DNA from: a virus | Taxonomy: Duplodnaviria; Caudoviricetes | IMG/VR virus record: IMGVR_UViG_3300050491_000011 | DNA: 64,000 bases | Strand: one strand, 5' to 3' | Shown: one piece after another, positions 17,603 through 27,868 of the stretch | Numbering within the stretch: the stretch's first letter is position 1 | Layout: each line of letters begins with the position of its first letter | The notes under the pieces: model-generated | Told to the model about the DNA's origin: nothing | What the model saw: the letters and a program-made list of their open reading frames with translations, nothing else | Database searches by the model: none | Position numbers and translations under genes: made by a program

Positions 17603-18676
17603 TTACGATGTAGGGGTAATGACCAATTCAAGATCACCCACGTTAGTCGCATTCAACTTACTTCCACCTGGGAGGGTGTTAGTGAGTATACCGCCTGCGA
17701 CGTTGACTGTCGTCCCACCTGGAGACGGAGTCATGCCAACCGGCACCGTGTCGTTACCTGAATAACTGAAGTTCACATTGAAGTTCTGGCCGTCGGTAAT
17801 CTTGGTCGATGCGACCTTTACATCTACACCAACCACATCCACTACTCCGAGGGCACTATTATCAAACTTCAGATGAAGCGGGGTGTTGCCGGCTGGCATG
17901 ACGACGTTCGGCGTATTCAGACTGGCAGTACCTTCGCGACCTGTGTTCAGTACACTTGGCATATCCGATCCATCGGATGTGGTATACCCAGAACCTACAG
18001 CGGAAAGCACAGGGAGTCGCTTCACGCTAATCGGACCAAGTCTTTCGAGTGGAACTGGCGCGTCGTTACCGTCATCACACATCGCGTAGATATCCGAGAA
18101 CATCCAGACGTCTTCAGGAGCACCGGCAGGAATCCAGCTAGCGTTCGGTTGACCGATACCCCACCAAGCCACGGTACTGATCGTCGTCCTACTGAAGCCA
18201 GAGATCGTACCTGTAGCGGCCTGGACGTCATCGACGAATCGATACCATTTACTGGCAGTGAAGTCCATGACGATTTCGACGTAGCAGTCATCTGGCAACG
18301 TACTAGCAGGACAATAGACCCCAAGATCAGCAGCGACCGCCGATGCTGATCCACGCACTACGAATGCGTTAGGTGCGCCAGTCGTTGCGGCTAGACGCTT
18401 AAACCTAAATCCAATGACTACCCAATTAGGGCTAGCAGCATCGCCGATCATTTTACTGATCTTCATCACGTTCTGGCCGGAAGAGGCAGCGGCGTTACCG
18501 ATCGTTTTCCCAACCACGAGTTTGTTGGCAGAAATACGTGCCGGTGACAAGATCGAAAGTGTGGTGACGCATATCGGCGCCAACTCATGGTACGATAAGC
18601 CGTAGCATGTGGCTGGCGTACCAATGGCGTTACCTTCCGGCAGATTATCGAAACCGAAAAGCCTGAGTTTCTTCAT
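17603..18676 (-). CDS. Putative tail/receptor-binding protein, FGFD family
   Basis: N-terminal LFGFDNLP, YVEI..DF, SDIY...D.G.....LGP..V shared with four neighbours. Confidence 0.7.
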   Translation of the reverse strand: MKKLRLFGFDNLPEGNAIGTPATCYGLSYHELAPICVTTLSILSPARISANKLVVGKTIGNAAASSGQNVMKISKMIGDAASPNWVVIGFRFKRLAATTGAPNAFVVRGSASAVAADLGVYCPASTLPDDCYVEIVMDFTASKWYRFVDDVQAATGTISGFSRTTISTVAWWGIGQPNASWIPAGAPEDVWMFSDIYAMCDDGNDAPVPLERLGPISVKRLPVLSAVGSGYTTSDGSDMPSVLNTGREGTASLNTPNVVMPAGNTPLHLKFDNSALGVVDVVGVDVKVASTKITDGQNFNVNFSYSGNDTVPVGMTPSPGGTTVNVAGGILTNTLPGGSKLNATNVGDLELVITPTS

Positions 18677-18681
18677 GAGAG

Positions 18682-19779
18682 TCAGCCTGTCGTCAGTTTG
18701 AGTTTAGCGGCCTGAAGTGCCGATCGAGTCCAACGGATGCCGGCAGGCGACTTCTCAGCCAGATACAATCTGTATCCAGATGTTGGAGTGTTCGTCAGGT
18801 TAGCATTGACGTTCGCCGAACTGTTAGCGCCGGATACGACTTGACTACCGACGATCCCTGACGCGCCGTCTTTCTTACGTCCAGCCATGGTGAGAATCAC
18901 GCCATTGATCTGACCTTGGAAATTAGGCACCGATAGACCGATGTTTGCAATAGGGTTAGCGATATCTGTAGTTACGATGGGTGTCGCCAGACTGGCCGTG
19001 TCAGTGATGTCGGTATTCAGAGCTGATGTCACGTCAGCTGCACCAGTCGCTACCCATGTAGGTTGGTCAAGGTTAGCTACTGTAATAGGAACTACCTGTT
19101 GGGGACCCAGGAAGTTATCCGCAGTACCGTCGCCAGTCTTCTCGATCAGGTACATGTCCTTGATCCACCAGCTGTAATCTAATCTCGCAAGAGTGGTGGA
19201 CCCAGGGTTGTAGCACCCCATGATAAGCCGTGCAGTTCCCGCGCCGAATGCGGTTACGATGTTCGAGTCCATCACTTTATCGGCGATAGCCACACCGTCG
19301 ACACGCCGGCGAATTACGGCTGCGGGTACATCGTACTGAGCTTCAAGGTAATACTCTTTACCGGCCGTCCACCCAGGGATATCTCCGAATGAAAACGCTG
19401 AACCGAGGATGATGTTTGCCTGGCTCAACCCAGCGACAGTGATAGCTATCGGGTGCGGCCAATGCGTAACCAGTGTTACAACGGCAGGACAAACCCACCG
19501 CAAACCAACCGTCACTACGGAAGACGCTGTCGGATTAAGTCCGACCTCCTGTAAGGTATTGGTAGTGTAATTGTTTTTAACGCCCTGTGTGCTGCTGTCC
19601 GGCGCGGTGTTCTTACATTTCAACCACCCACCTTCTTTAAGGTAGGTAACCCCACCGACACCAGCTGTTGTACCTGGTTTGAAAGCAAACGGCAATGGCG
19701 GTAGCAGAACAGTAATTGCAATCTGCTCACCAGCCGGCACCGGTACGTCATCGAAACCAAAGAAATTACGAATAGCCAT
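18682..19779 (-). CDS. Putative tail/receptor-binding protein, FGFD family
   Basis: FFGFDDVP...YYLE..YD...KDMY..EKTGDG...FLGPQQV...KSPAG..WT. Confidence 0.7.
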   Translation of the reverse strand: MAIRNFFGFDDVPVPAGEQIAITVLLPPLPFAFKPGTTAGVGGVTYLKEGGWLKCKNTAPDSSTQGVKNNYTTNTLQEVGLNPTASSVVTVGLRWVCPAVVTLVTHWPHPIAITVAGLSQANIILGSAFSFGDIPGWTAGKEYYLEAQYDVPAAVIRRRVDGVAIADKVMDSNIVTAFGAGTARLIMGCYNPGSTTLARLDYSWWIKDMYLIEKTGDGTADNFLGPQQVVPITVANLDQPTWVATGAADVTSALNTDITDTASLATPIVTTDIANPIANIGLSVPNFQGQINGVILTMAGRKKDGASGIVGSQVVSGANSSANVNANLTNTPTSGYRLYLAEKSPAGIRWTRSALQAAKLKLTTG

Positions 19780-19789
19780 ATTGAATCCC

Positions 19790-20332
19790 TCAGCTCCAAC
19801 GGATAATTGGATCGCTAAACAGAGCTGCGAATGAAGGCAGTTGTTTACCTGCCATGACTTTAGACCCTGCGGTGAAGAAGTAGCTGCCGGACTTGACCGT
19901 CAGCTCTACCATACTCGCCTCAGGATCGATTGGACCGTCCTCGACATCATTCTGGGTGAGGACCATCCCTGAACCAGCATTGATGACTGCAAGGGCTCCG
20001 TAGATCGTTGTAGCGGAACCGAGATCGATATTGGAGAGACTAACGCTCCTACCAGCAATCGAAGCTCGGTTATACCGTACGACCATCTGCCCCTTGTAAC
20101 CCTGACCAACAATAGAGTCCAGAGTCACCTGGGTATTGAAGCGGGCATCGCCAGATGGAGTATCAACTGGCGGACCGACAGTAACCTGACGAGCCAGCAA
20201 CGTGACACTGTTTTCAAGGTTGATCTGTGCGATGATACCGGCACCATCAGCAGCCAAGGGCTTCGGCGTGCTGATGGTGGTGTACATCACCCAGGCGTCA
20301 AGTGACCTGAGAGCTTGTTGTGGATTCGCCAT
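19790..20332 (-). CDS. Virion structural protein, N-module family
   Basis: IIAQINLEN...FNTQVTL...GQGYKG...VRYNR. Confidence 0.75.
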   Translation of the reverse strand: MANPQQALRSLDAWVMYTTISTPKPLAADGAGIIAQINLENSVTLLARQVTVGPPVDTPSGDARFNTQVTLDSIVGQGYKGQMVVRYNRASIAGRSVSLSNIDLGSATTIYGALAVINAGSGMVLTQNDVEDGPIDPEASMVELTVKSGSYFFTAGSKVMAGKQLPSFAALFSDPIIRWS

Positions 20333-20334
20333 GA

Positions 20335-21444
20335 CTACACCTTAGGCTTGACTTTGACTGTCAATCCAGCCAAATTAGGTTGAGTCCAGGCCTGCCCGGA
20401 CGGGTTCTTGTCCGTGATGAATACCCTGTCCGTGAACGACTGAGTAACTCCGTAAGTGACATCGACATCCGATGTTTCAACACCACCTACAGTTAGCGAT
20501 ACGCCAACCTTACCGATCGGAGCAGCTGTCCACTGCACACCACGAGTCTTGACGTTAACGCCGCGGATCTTGGCATTCAGTGGAATAGCCGAAGCATCGT
20601 AAGTGATTACAGCTGGCGTCAGCGCTTCGGCACTAAGCACCAGAGGTGTTGTGACGCCACTAGTAGGGTTGCTATAACCGCGTTGCATCGCAGCTAGTGT
20701 CGTACCTGAAGCTGGGTTAACCGGCGCCCATCCGTTAGCATCCACTGCGGCGATAGGCAGCTTGTTGATGTTCACAGGACCGAGAGGCTGAGGAGTCTCA
20801 CCAGCTTCCCACTCGACGTAATACATGTCACGCCACGACCAGAAGCATGGGTTGCCGGGCGAGACGCTTGAACTAACGAGTGCGCCTAGGGCTAACCAGA
20901 TCTCCTGCCCAGCCGGTGTCGCTGAAACAGCCGTCTTCATGAAAGCTTCCATCGGCACAGATGGGAGTTTCTTCCCGTCTACCCAACGGTTGATGACGTT
21001 ATTCGTGAAGTCCAACTGGTGCTCAAGGTAGTACTCTTTGTTGAGAGCATATCCCGGCAGGTCAGTTTTAGCGAACACGAGTGTAGTGTTAGTACCACCA
21101 GCGTCGTAGCTGTTCATGTAGCTGAGAACTTGACTATCCGGTGATACCGACGCTACCGAATACCGGATGCCGTGGAACAGGTTCGAGGTCGGACCTATTG
21201 TTGGGATCGCTGTCTTCAAGTTACCTGCGATACGGTTGCGCCAGTTACCGTAGTTGGATTGAGTGATGGTGGTGTACACCATCAACCAGCCAAGAGCAGT
21301 CGTCTGTGCAGTGATGTACTCGTCACCGTTAGTGGCCATGATCTCAAACATGGTGTTTGGGATTGGGCCACGACCCATGTTGGGACCACTACCGCCAATC
21401 GACGTAGTCGGCACGTCCCAACCAGACATTAAATGAATCTTCAT
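20335..21444 (-). CDS. Putative tail/receptor-binding protein, FGFD family
   Basis: LMSGWDVP...YYLEH.LDF...RDMYY...LGPV...KNPSG.AWT. Confidence 0.7.
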   Translation of the reverse strand: MKIHLMSGWDVPTTSIGGSGPNMGRGPIPNTMFEIMATNGDEYITAQTTALGWLMVYTTITQSNYGNWRNRIAGNLKTAIPTIGPTSNLFHGIRYSVASVSPDSQVLSYMNSYDAGGTNTTLVFAKTDLPGYALNKEYYLEHQLDFTNNVINRWVDGKKLPSVPMEAFMKTAVSATPAGQEIWLALGALVSSSVSPGNPCFWSWRDMYYVEWEAGETPQPLGPVNINKLPIAAVDANGWAPVNPASGTTLAAMQRGYSNPTSGVTTPLVLSAEALTPAVITYDASAIPLNAKIRGVNVKTRGVQWTAAPIGKVGVSLTVGGVETSDVDVTYGVTQSFTDRVFITDKNPSGQAWTQPNLAGLTVKVKPKV

Positions 21445-21456
21445 GATTGGGCTCCT

Positions 21457-22137
21457 TTACGGGAAGAGTAGCATGTCAGACTTGAAGATACTTGCCAGCG
21501 TAGGTGTGTTGCCGACGTTAACAGTAGATCCAGGCTGGAAGATATAACTGGTAGCTGCTGCGGTAAGGGTGACCTCAACAGAACCAGCCACGATTGGATC
21601 GTTGACAAGATCCGCTGTAGTCAGCACCATGCCAGTGGCCGTGTTGATGGCTGGGATCAATGCATGTACGTTAGCTGCCGAACCAATAACGATGTTGGCG
21701 ATGTTACCTGCACTGGACAACTTACTCATTGGAGAGCGGTTGTAGTACCAGTACATGCTACCGCCCAGCAGCGAGGCTGGGAGCGCCGTCAGCAACGCCT
21801 TGGTGTCAAAGCCTGGCTCTGTACTAACTTCTACAGGACCGAGCGTAAACTGCGACGCAGGACGTACAGACTTAGACTTCTGAAGGATCAGAGTCATCAA
21901 CGCTGTAGGGCCGTTAGCCCCAACCGGCAACTTAGCGAATGGCACCATCGCGTATCCGCCTAGCTGACGGAGAGCAACGGTGTTAGCTTGGGCCGCCATG
22001 GCGTAGCCACTAAGCTGACGCAAAGCGACCGGGTTGGGTGGTGCGATCAGGCCGTAAGCCTGAATGGTAGCCACCTTAGCTCCCATCGCCGGACGCGTCA
22101 GGGCGTAACCCTGAAGTGTGGAAACGTTAACAGACAT
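21457..22137 (-). CDS. Virion structural protein: four short N-terminal repeats plus N-module
   Basis: TLQGYAL / TIQAYGL / LRQLSGYAM / LRQLGGYAM repeats. Confidence 0.75.
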   Translation of the reverse strand: MSVNVSTLQGYALTRPAMGAKVATIQAYGLIAPPNPVALRQLSGYAMAAQANTVALRQLGGYAMVPFAKLPVGANGPTALMTLILQKSKSVRPASQFTLGPVEVSTEPGFDTKALLTALPASLLGGSMYWYYNRSPMSKLSSAGNIANIVIGSAANVHALIPAINTATGMVLTTADLVNDPIVAGSVEVTLTAAATSYIFQPGSTVNVGNTPTLASIFKSDMLLFP

Positions 22138-22147
22138 GGACTACTCC

Positions 22148-23116
22148 CTACGCATCAGGCGATAAGATGAAATCCGTGGCGTCAATACTCGCAGCGTCCC
22201 ACGTCCCACCGGCTGGGTTCTTATGGAATACGCCGGCGCTAGCATTATAGCCGTACGCACCAGAAGGACCAACCATCGGGAGACCGGCAACCTCATTGGC
22301 GCCGTTCTTGATCTTGGTCGCGCAGGTAACCGTACCGGCACCGTTCGAACTAAGACCAGCTACCACCTCAATGGCGGCGACGACGGTTCCTACTGGTATC
22401 GTGGCTTTCAAGCTAGCCGCCAATGGACCTTTGGTGGTGGTGTTAGATGTCGCGATCTTGGCAGTTGGTACTGTGCCTGCTTCATAGATCGCGGTAGCCA
22501 ACGCCGTTCCACCCGGAGTAGTGGTCCAATCAGAACCGGTAGCGGAATCGATGCTAATCGGAATAACGGACTGCGCGCCCAGCGGTCCAACCGGCAGACC
22601 TTGCGAGGCCCCCTGGTCGTCGCAGATGTAGAAGTCCCGGTAATCGAAACGGCCATTCAGACTACCTTTGGCTTCAAGACCAAAGGTCATGCTACGACCG
22701 CCGGCGGCGGCGGCGTTACCGATCGACACACCGTTGACCCAACGCTCTACCACACCTGTATTCACGTCGTACGAGAATTCGATGTAAACTGTGTTACCGC
22801 TAGCCGGGAGAGTGTAGTCCAAAAGGACGTAGCTTGTGCCGAAGTAAACGATACCAGCGCCGCCGTTGACGTTGGTTACGATACGGCAGCGATAACCTAT
22901 CCAGATCTTATTGACAGGTGCTTCAAGATACTTGTCTAATGGAATGCTGACGCGTTCGGCGCCAGCGGCTTGCGACTGACTTACGAGCCATCCGTTGACA
23001 ATCGTATTCTGCAACGATAAGTCTTGGTTACGCGTTATTCCGTGAGTGGCGTAGTTAGCCCAGTTCACGTCATTCTGCGGCAAGTGCTCGAAGCCTATAA
23101 CTGCTCTAATTGCCAT
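22148..23116 (-). CDS. Putative tail/receptor-binding protein, FGFD family
   Basis: VIGFEHLP...YIEF.YD...RDFYI.DD.G...PLGAQ...KNPAGG.W. Confidence 0.7.
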   Translation of the reverse strand: MAIRAVIGFEHLPQNDVNWANYATHGITRNQDLSLQNTIVNGWLVSQSQAAGAERVSIPLDKYLEAPVNKIWIGYRCRIVTNVNGGAGIVYFGTSYVLLDYTLPASGNTVYIEFSYDVNTGVVERWVNGVSIGNAAAAGGRSMTFGLEAKGSLNGRFDYRDFYICDDQGASQGLPVGPLGAQSVIPISIDSATGSDWTTTPGGTALATAIYEAGTVPTAKIATSNTTTKGPLAASLKATIPVGTVVAAIEVVAGLSSNGAGTVTCATKIKNGANEVAGLPMVGPSGAYGYNASAGVFHKNPAGGTWDAASIDATDFILSPDA

Positions 23117-23133
23117 GATTATAAAACCTCTTA

Positions 23134-24180
23134 TCAGACACTGGTGTCAGGTGTCAGTTTGACGGCTGTGGCGTCGAGCTTGGCTAAGGTCCACGTAGCT
23201 CCATCAGGCGCTTTAGTCAGCAGACTGATCTGAGATACAGCCTGTGCAGCCGCCGGCGAGGTAAGGAATTTAGCTGCAAGCGTCGTTCCACCTTGCGTGA
23301 CTTCGACTTTGCTACTAGATCCCGCATCGCCAAGACTACGACCGGTGAGTGAAAGTTTTACAGCACTGATGCGTGCTCCAGTCGGGATTGAGTGCTTCAG
23401 GCTCGTAACCAACGGAGTCTTATCTGTCGCAGACGTCACCGCGTTTGCAGCTGGGAGAGGTGCGTTCAATGTATCCATGATCGAACCGCCACCTGCTGCT
23501 ACCCACCCTGCACCATCAGCAGCATCTAGTGTAACAGGATACATACGCTGAGAACCGAGTGGTCCAGTCATGCCATCGCCAGCGATGTCATCCAGAACGT
23601 AGATGTCCCGGATAGCGTAGCGTCCACCGTTGACCGTGCCGAGTCTGAACATCAGGCACCCAGTACCAGCCACGAATGCAGCCTTACTACCTGCCGACAT
23701 CGCAGGAGCTGTATAGTTGGCGATAGCGACACCGTTGATCCATGTAGCCACAACACCGGTCACGAAGTCGTACGTATGCTCTACGTAATACTCAGTGCCA
23801 ATGCCAGTGAGCCACGGAGCACCGGCAGAACCGGCTAGATACATGTAGCAGGTCAGATCGTTCGGTGTCGTATCGGCAGTAAGATGGCAGATGGAATGTC
23901 CACTTGCGTACGCAACCAACGTCTTGATACGATAGCCGATGGTCAGCTTGTTAGGATTGTTTGGAACCAATCCATTCAGGAAGATCGGAACCATTTGGTC
24001 CTGACCGTTAGACAGAGCCGAGATCCAACCATCCTGGTCGATCGCGCAGCGGGCGATGTTCGTTCCCTGACCGGCGCCCGGAATACCGGACAGCGTCCAC
24101 CAATCAGGGAATGCTGGAGTAGCAACCGCCGGGTTGGTGGTCTTCAAGGCATTATCTGTACCGAAGATTGCACGAAGCAT
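23134..24180 (-). CDS. Putative tail/receptor-binding protein, FGFD family
   Basis: IFGTDN...YYVEH.YDF...RDIYV.DD..G...PLGSQ...KAPDG..WT. Confidence 0.7.
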   Translation of the reverse strand: MLRAIFGTDNALKTTNPAVATPAFPDWWTLSGIPGAGQGTNIARCAIDQDGWISALSNGQDQMVPIFLNGLVPNNPNKLTIGYRIKTLVAYASGHSICHLTADTTPNDLTCYMYLAGSAGAPWLTGIGTEYYVEHTYDFVTGVVATWINGVAIANYTAPAMSAGSKAAFVAGTGCLMFRLGTVNGGRYAIRDIYVLDDIAGDGMTGPLGSQRMYPVTLDAADGAGWVAAGGGSIMDTLNAPLPAANAVTSATDKTPLVTSLKHSIPTGARISAVKLSLTGRSLGDAGSSSKVEVTQGGTTLAAKFLTSPAAAQAVSQISLLTKAPDGATWTLAKLDATAVKLTPDTSV

Positions 24181-24184
24181 GATA

Positions 24185-24562
24185 TTACTCCTCGCTAGCG
24201 GCTGGTTCAGCAGACTCTTCTACAGCCGGATCATTCCAGCAGAGGTACAGGCGCCCGCATGGCGCCACAGAGCCCTCTGGGAACTTCACACAGAGCGCGT
24301 ACTTGAAGATGCTGAAGGTAGGCAGGCTATGGTCGTTAAGCCCGTTATAGAGGACCTCAACGCCGAACGTCGAGTACTCACGCAAGTCAGCCTGAGCGTT
24401 CCATTTACTGCGATCTTCTTCGGGACCGTAGTTAGCCAGAACGCTGGAGAGGAGTTGCATGTTGCGAATGTCGCACTGACCCAGCTGTATCCCCGCCAGC
24501 AGCTCACCCATTTCAGTGAAGTCAGCACGCAGCAGGTAATTTGGCCAATCGTTCATTTTCAA
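24185..24562 (-). CDS. Stand-alone C-module of the structural paralog family
   Basis: W...STFGVEVLYNG.N..LP...FKY.L...G.LYL.WNDP matches the C-termini of 26032..26910 and 28681..29514. Confidence 0.7.
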   Translation of the reverse strand: MKMNDWPNYLLRADFTEMGELLAGIQLGQCDIRNMQLLSSVLANYGPEEDRSKWNAQADLREYSTFGVEVLYNGLNDHSLPTFSIFKYALCVKFPEGSVAPCGRLYLCWNDPAVEESAEPAASEE

Positions 24563-24574
24563 ATTCCCAATTAA

Positions 24575-25069
24575 TTAGAAGGCCTGCAACGTGTTACCGT
24601 TGAATGCAGTGGCGATGTCAGGATAGCCGCCGAACTTCAGAGTAGCGGAGCCTGTCCAACCGAGATGGTTAGGACCAACCTCAATCTTGACGTTAACCTT
24701 ACCGTCTGCGGTAAAGCTCGGGTTATCAACCAACTCACTCACAAGGAATGGAACTCGAGTGTAGGCGAAGACGATAGGAACCCACGTCGCTACTGGAGCT
24801 GCGTCTGGACAGACGCAGAGATTGAGGTTGAAGTTCTCCAGCGGTTGCAGTGGAATGCGATCGTAGAAGACCGTCGTGAAACCAACCGTCTTGGTGGACG
24901 CTGGAGCTGAGTTCACTTGAATGGCAGTGTTCTTGCCGTACTTGGTAACCTCCGCGCCTGTCGCTGCACGAGGAGTACCGAAGACAACGTCGGCTTCTAC
25001 AAGCGATAGACCAGAAGCTACGTTGATCATCGCGACAAGGTCAGCCGCACTAGATACGAAAATAGTCAT
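24575..25069 (-). CDS. Virion structural protein, N-module family
   Basis: LVAMINVAS...VFGTP...KNTAI...GFTTVFYDR. Confidence 0.75.
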   Translation of the reverse strand: MTIFVSSAADLVAMINVASGLSLVEADVVFGTPRAATGAEVTKYGKNTAIQVNSAPASTKTVGFTTVFYDRIPLQPLENFNLNLCVCPDAAPVATWVPIVFAYTRVPFLVSELVDNPSFTADGKVNVKIEVGPNHLGWTGSATLKFGGYPDIATAFNGNTLQAF

Positions 25070-25077
25070 GGCGGACC

Positions 25078-25977
25078 CTATACTTTATATTGAAGGACAC
25101 ACCGGCCGGTAAACCAGCTATCGGCACTGGATTGGATAAGCACAACCGTGTTGTACTTGACGGAGTCGGCTTCTGGCACGTTGGCATTAGGTAGCGTGTA
25201 ACGATACCACTGAATGTTCGCAGTGCCGCCGGGCGTATTGGCGTTACCAATATTCCACCCGGTTTGGCCGGAGTTAGCATTCAGCCAATCGCAGATCTGC
25301 TGAAGCCCGGCGTTAGCGCCGCCTGGTGGAACCCATGCACTTGGGATGGTTTGCAAGATCGTTTTGATCTCGGTAGCATCCTGAGTGATAGTCATGAACT
25401 CGCCTGTTGGTTTACGCCCAACGGAGAAGTCGTTACCGCCTGGATATAGGCGTCCAACCAGTCCACGGTTCGCATCGGTAATCAGGTCAGTGATCGGACG
25501 CTTACCGAGAGTCCATGCGACAGTGAAAGTACCTTTATAACACAAACTAGCGGCGAGGATAGTTTGCGTTGTGTTGTTACCGGTCACAATAATCGGACTA
25601 CCGTTGATATCAGCAGCTACTAAGCTGACACCGTACTTTGCCGTATAAGCCGGAAGCCAAACCGAAAGAGGTATTGTAGATCCACTGTACCAGATATCCA
25701 ATCTCTGAGTAGTGTTCTTAAATAGCTTAGTCAGGTCGATACGACGATACTTGACAGTGACCTTACCGATACCACCGGAAGCGGCTGTCGGCGTAACCAG
25801 AATGCTGGTGTCATTCTTGAACGGGTCAGCGCCATCCACCGTAATGGCGGTTGGGGTTCCGAACGTCACAGAGCCGATCGGATATACATCTTTGAAGCCG
25901 GGGTTACTTTTCTCAATCAGATCGTAGATCATCTCTGATTGAGGTTTACGGTAATCTGTAGGGACCGCAGTAGCCAT
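25078..25977 (-). CDS. Virion structural protein, N+C modules
   Basis: Start at MATAVPT (GGGAG SD); IYDLIEKSN..FGTP..NDT..YRR; C-terminal LP.AN.PEA.S..YN.V. Confidence 0.75.
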   Translation of the reverse strand: MATAVPTDYRKPQSEMIYDLIEKSNPGFKDVYPIGSVTFGTPTAITVDGADPFKNDTSILVTPTAASGGIGKVTVKYRRIDLTKLFKNTTQRLDIWYSGSTIPLSVWLPAYTAKYGVSLVAADINGSPIIVTGNNTTQTILAASLCYKGTFTVAWTLGKRPITDLITDANRGLVGRLYPGGNDFSVGRKPTGEFMTITQDATEIKTILQTIPSAWVPPGGANAGLQQICDWLNANSGQTGWNIGNANTPGGTANIQWYRYTLPNANVPEADSVKYNTVVLIQSSADSWFTGRCVLQYKV

Positions 25978-26031
25978 GAGTATTCTCCCAATGGAAGTAG
26001 CAGACGGGTGTTGCCACCCGTCTGCATCCAC

Positions 26032-26910
26032 TTATGTCGCGTTCGGATCGAACGGATCGTTGTAGTGGAGATACATGACACCGGCTGGCGTGAGTACCGC
26101 TGGATCAAGCTGCAACGCCAGTACGTACTTGTACGCAGGGTTGGTTGGAAGCGAGACGGAGTTCAGACCGTTGCTAACAACTGTTGCACCGGACACGTTC
26201 CAAGCAGTACCGCCCGGAGTGTTGGTCCACAGCGCTTTACCAGCCGAGATGTCAACAGCCTTGAGCATGGTGACCAATGCATCAGCTTGAGTGCTGTTGA
26301 TGACGCCAGGAGTCAGCGTCTGCACCTGAGTGAAGTACGACGTGAAGTCGTATCCGTACAGATACAGTTGACCGTAGGTATCACTATCCAACGCGGTCGG
26401 GTAGTTAAGGCCCGGCAGCGAGGTAACTTGAACCATCTCGTTGATCGGCGCAGAACCTTTCTTAACGATCACGCTGACGTTACCGATCCAACCGATCGAA
26501 CCCGGCTTAGCGGACAGGATCGCTGTCCACGTATTGTCGCCGTTATCCGTCAGTGGGTTATCGATGAGGTCATCGGTGGTGAAGTGAATGCCGGTCCAGT
26601 AAGCGATCATTGGAATCAGATCGTGTACCGAATCTTTGTTATACGCAGAGATCCGGAAACCCGGAATATGCGCGGCGGTGAGTTCGTTCAACTTCAAGCG
26701 ATCGAACGTCAGCACTTTGGTGCCTTGGTACTGCCCGCCCGGTTTGGCCGTAAGGCGCAGAGCGGTGTTGTGGGTGGTGACTTGACCTTGCCAAGTACCT
26801 TCTACAACTTGCGGTGTACCAATGACAACGTCTGCTATCGTGAACGCCGTCGAGTTGGCGGTATTGATGGCCGCCAAGAAATCGTCGACTGACAGATTCA
26901 TGTAAGACAT
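26032..26910 (-). CDS. Virion structural protein, N+C modules
   Basis: FLAAINTAN..IGTP..HNT..FDR; C-terminal YLHYNDP. Confidence 0.8.
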   Translation of the reverse strand: MSYMNLSVDDFLAAINTANSTAFTIADVVIGTPQVVEGTWQGQVTTHNTALRLTAKPGGQYQGTKVLTFDRLKLNELTAAHIPGFRISAYNKDSVHDLIPMIAYWTGIHFTTDDLIDNPLTDNGDNTWTAILSAKPGSIGWIGNVSVIVKKGSAPINEMVQVTSLPGLNYPTALDSDTYGQLYLYGYDFTSYFTQVQTLTPGVINSTQADALVTMLKAVDISAGKALWTNTPGGTAWNVSGATVVSNGLNSVSLPTNPAYKYVLALQLDPAVLTPAGVMYLHYNDPFDPNAT

Positions 26911-26921
26911 TGTTTCTATCC

Positions 26922-27863
26922 TCAGACGTTGAAGTGGACGTAGTTCCGACCAGGGCCGAAGTCAGCCAGCATGGACTCAGGAGTTTCCCACGTCAACAGG
27001 CGGTTGAAGTATTCAGAGTTCGCCTCTGGGTACTTCGTCGATGGAAGAGTGACGACTTCGAAGACGTTGTTCGGTACGCCGTTCCATGCAGCGTTGATCG
27101 GGAAGGCCGTACCCAAATCGGCGTTGAGCTGACCGAACACGAAGTTGAGGAACTGTGCCGAGAGTGGGTAGTTCCCGAACACAACGAAGCTGTTTGGGTA
27201 ACCACTCCATGGGTTAGTGGCCAGACGCCCACTCCAATCGTACGCGTACGCGGCGTTACTCATGATCGGACGACGCTCACCAGTGAAGTCGTTACCGCCT
27301 GGGTACATACGTGCATTCAGGTCAGTCACGGTGATCATGGAGCTGAGGTCTTGTGGAGCACCTTTCCACTTCAGCGCGAACGACCCGGTGTACGCCAAGC
27401 TTGTAGCCTTGGTAGCCACGGTAACGGTACGGGTATAGAAGCCATCTTCCAGAGTCGAGCCACGGGTGATGTTCTGATCCACCACGTCGTCTTGAGTCAG
27501 GTTGATACCGTACTTCGCATTGATCAGCGGAAGCAGACTGTACACCGAGAACACAACTGCACCAGCGCCAGCAGCGGCACCTTGGTTAGCCGAGTAGCGT
27601 TCGATCTGGATCGTGATACTGCGGAACAAGACAGCCATGTCGCGACGGCGATAGTTAACTTCCTTACGACCGATGAAATCGGCGTTGGGGAGCGAGTTCA
27701 GCATGATCTTGGTGTTCATTGCCGAGTTGCCTGGAACAGTAGCTGGCGCAGGCACCCCCAGAAGAACGTTGGTCTTCGTCACTGGAATCCAATCAGGACC
27801 AGCGTTTGCCAAGTTGATAAGGTCATAAACCTCATCGATAGGCGGTTTGCTAAAAATAGGCAT
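26922..27863 (-). CDS. Virion structural protein, N+C modules
   Basis: VYDLINLAN..LGVP..NT..YRR; RMYPGGNDF shared with 25078..25977. Confidence 0.8.
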   Translation of the reverse strand: MPIFSKPPIDEVYDLINLANAGPDWIPVTKTNVLLGVPAPATVPGNSAMNTKIMLNSLPNADFIGRKEVNYRRRDMAVLFRSITIQIERYSANQGAAAGAGAVVFSVYSLLPLINAKYGINLTQDDVVDQNITRGSTLEDGFYTRTVTVATKATSLAYTGSFALKWKGAPQDLSSMITVTDLNARMYPGGNDFTGERRPIMSNAAYAYDWSGRLATNPWSGYPNSFVVFGNYPLSAQFLNFVFGQLNADLGTAFPINAAWNGVPNNVFEVVTLPSTKYPEANSEYFNRLLTWETPESMLADFGPGRNYVHFNV

Positions 27864-27868
27864 CTTGA

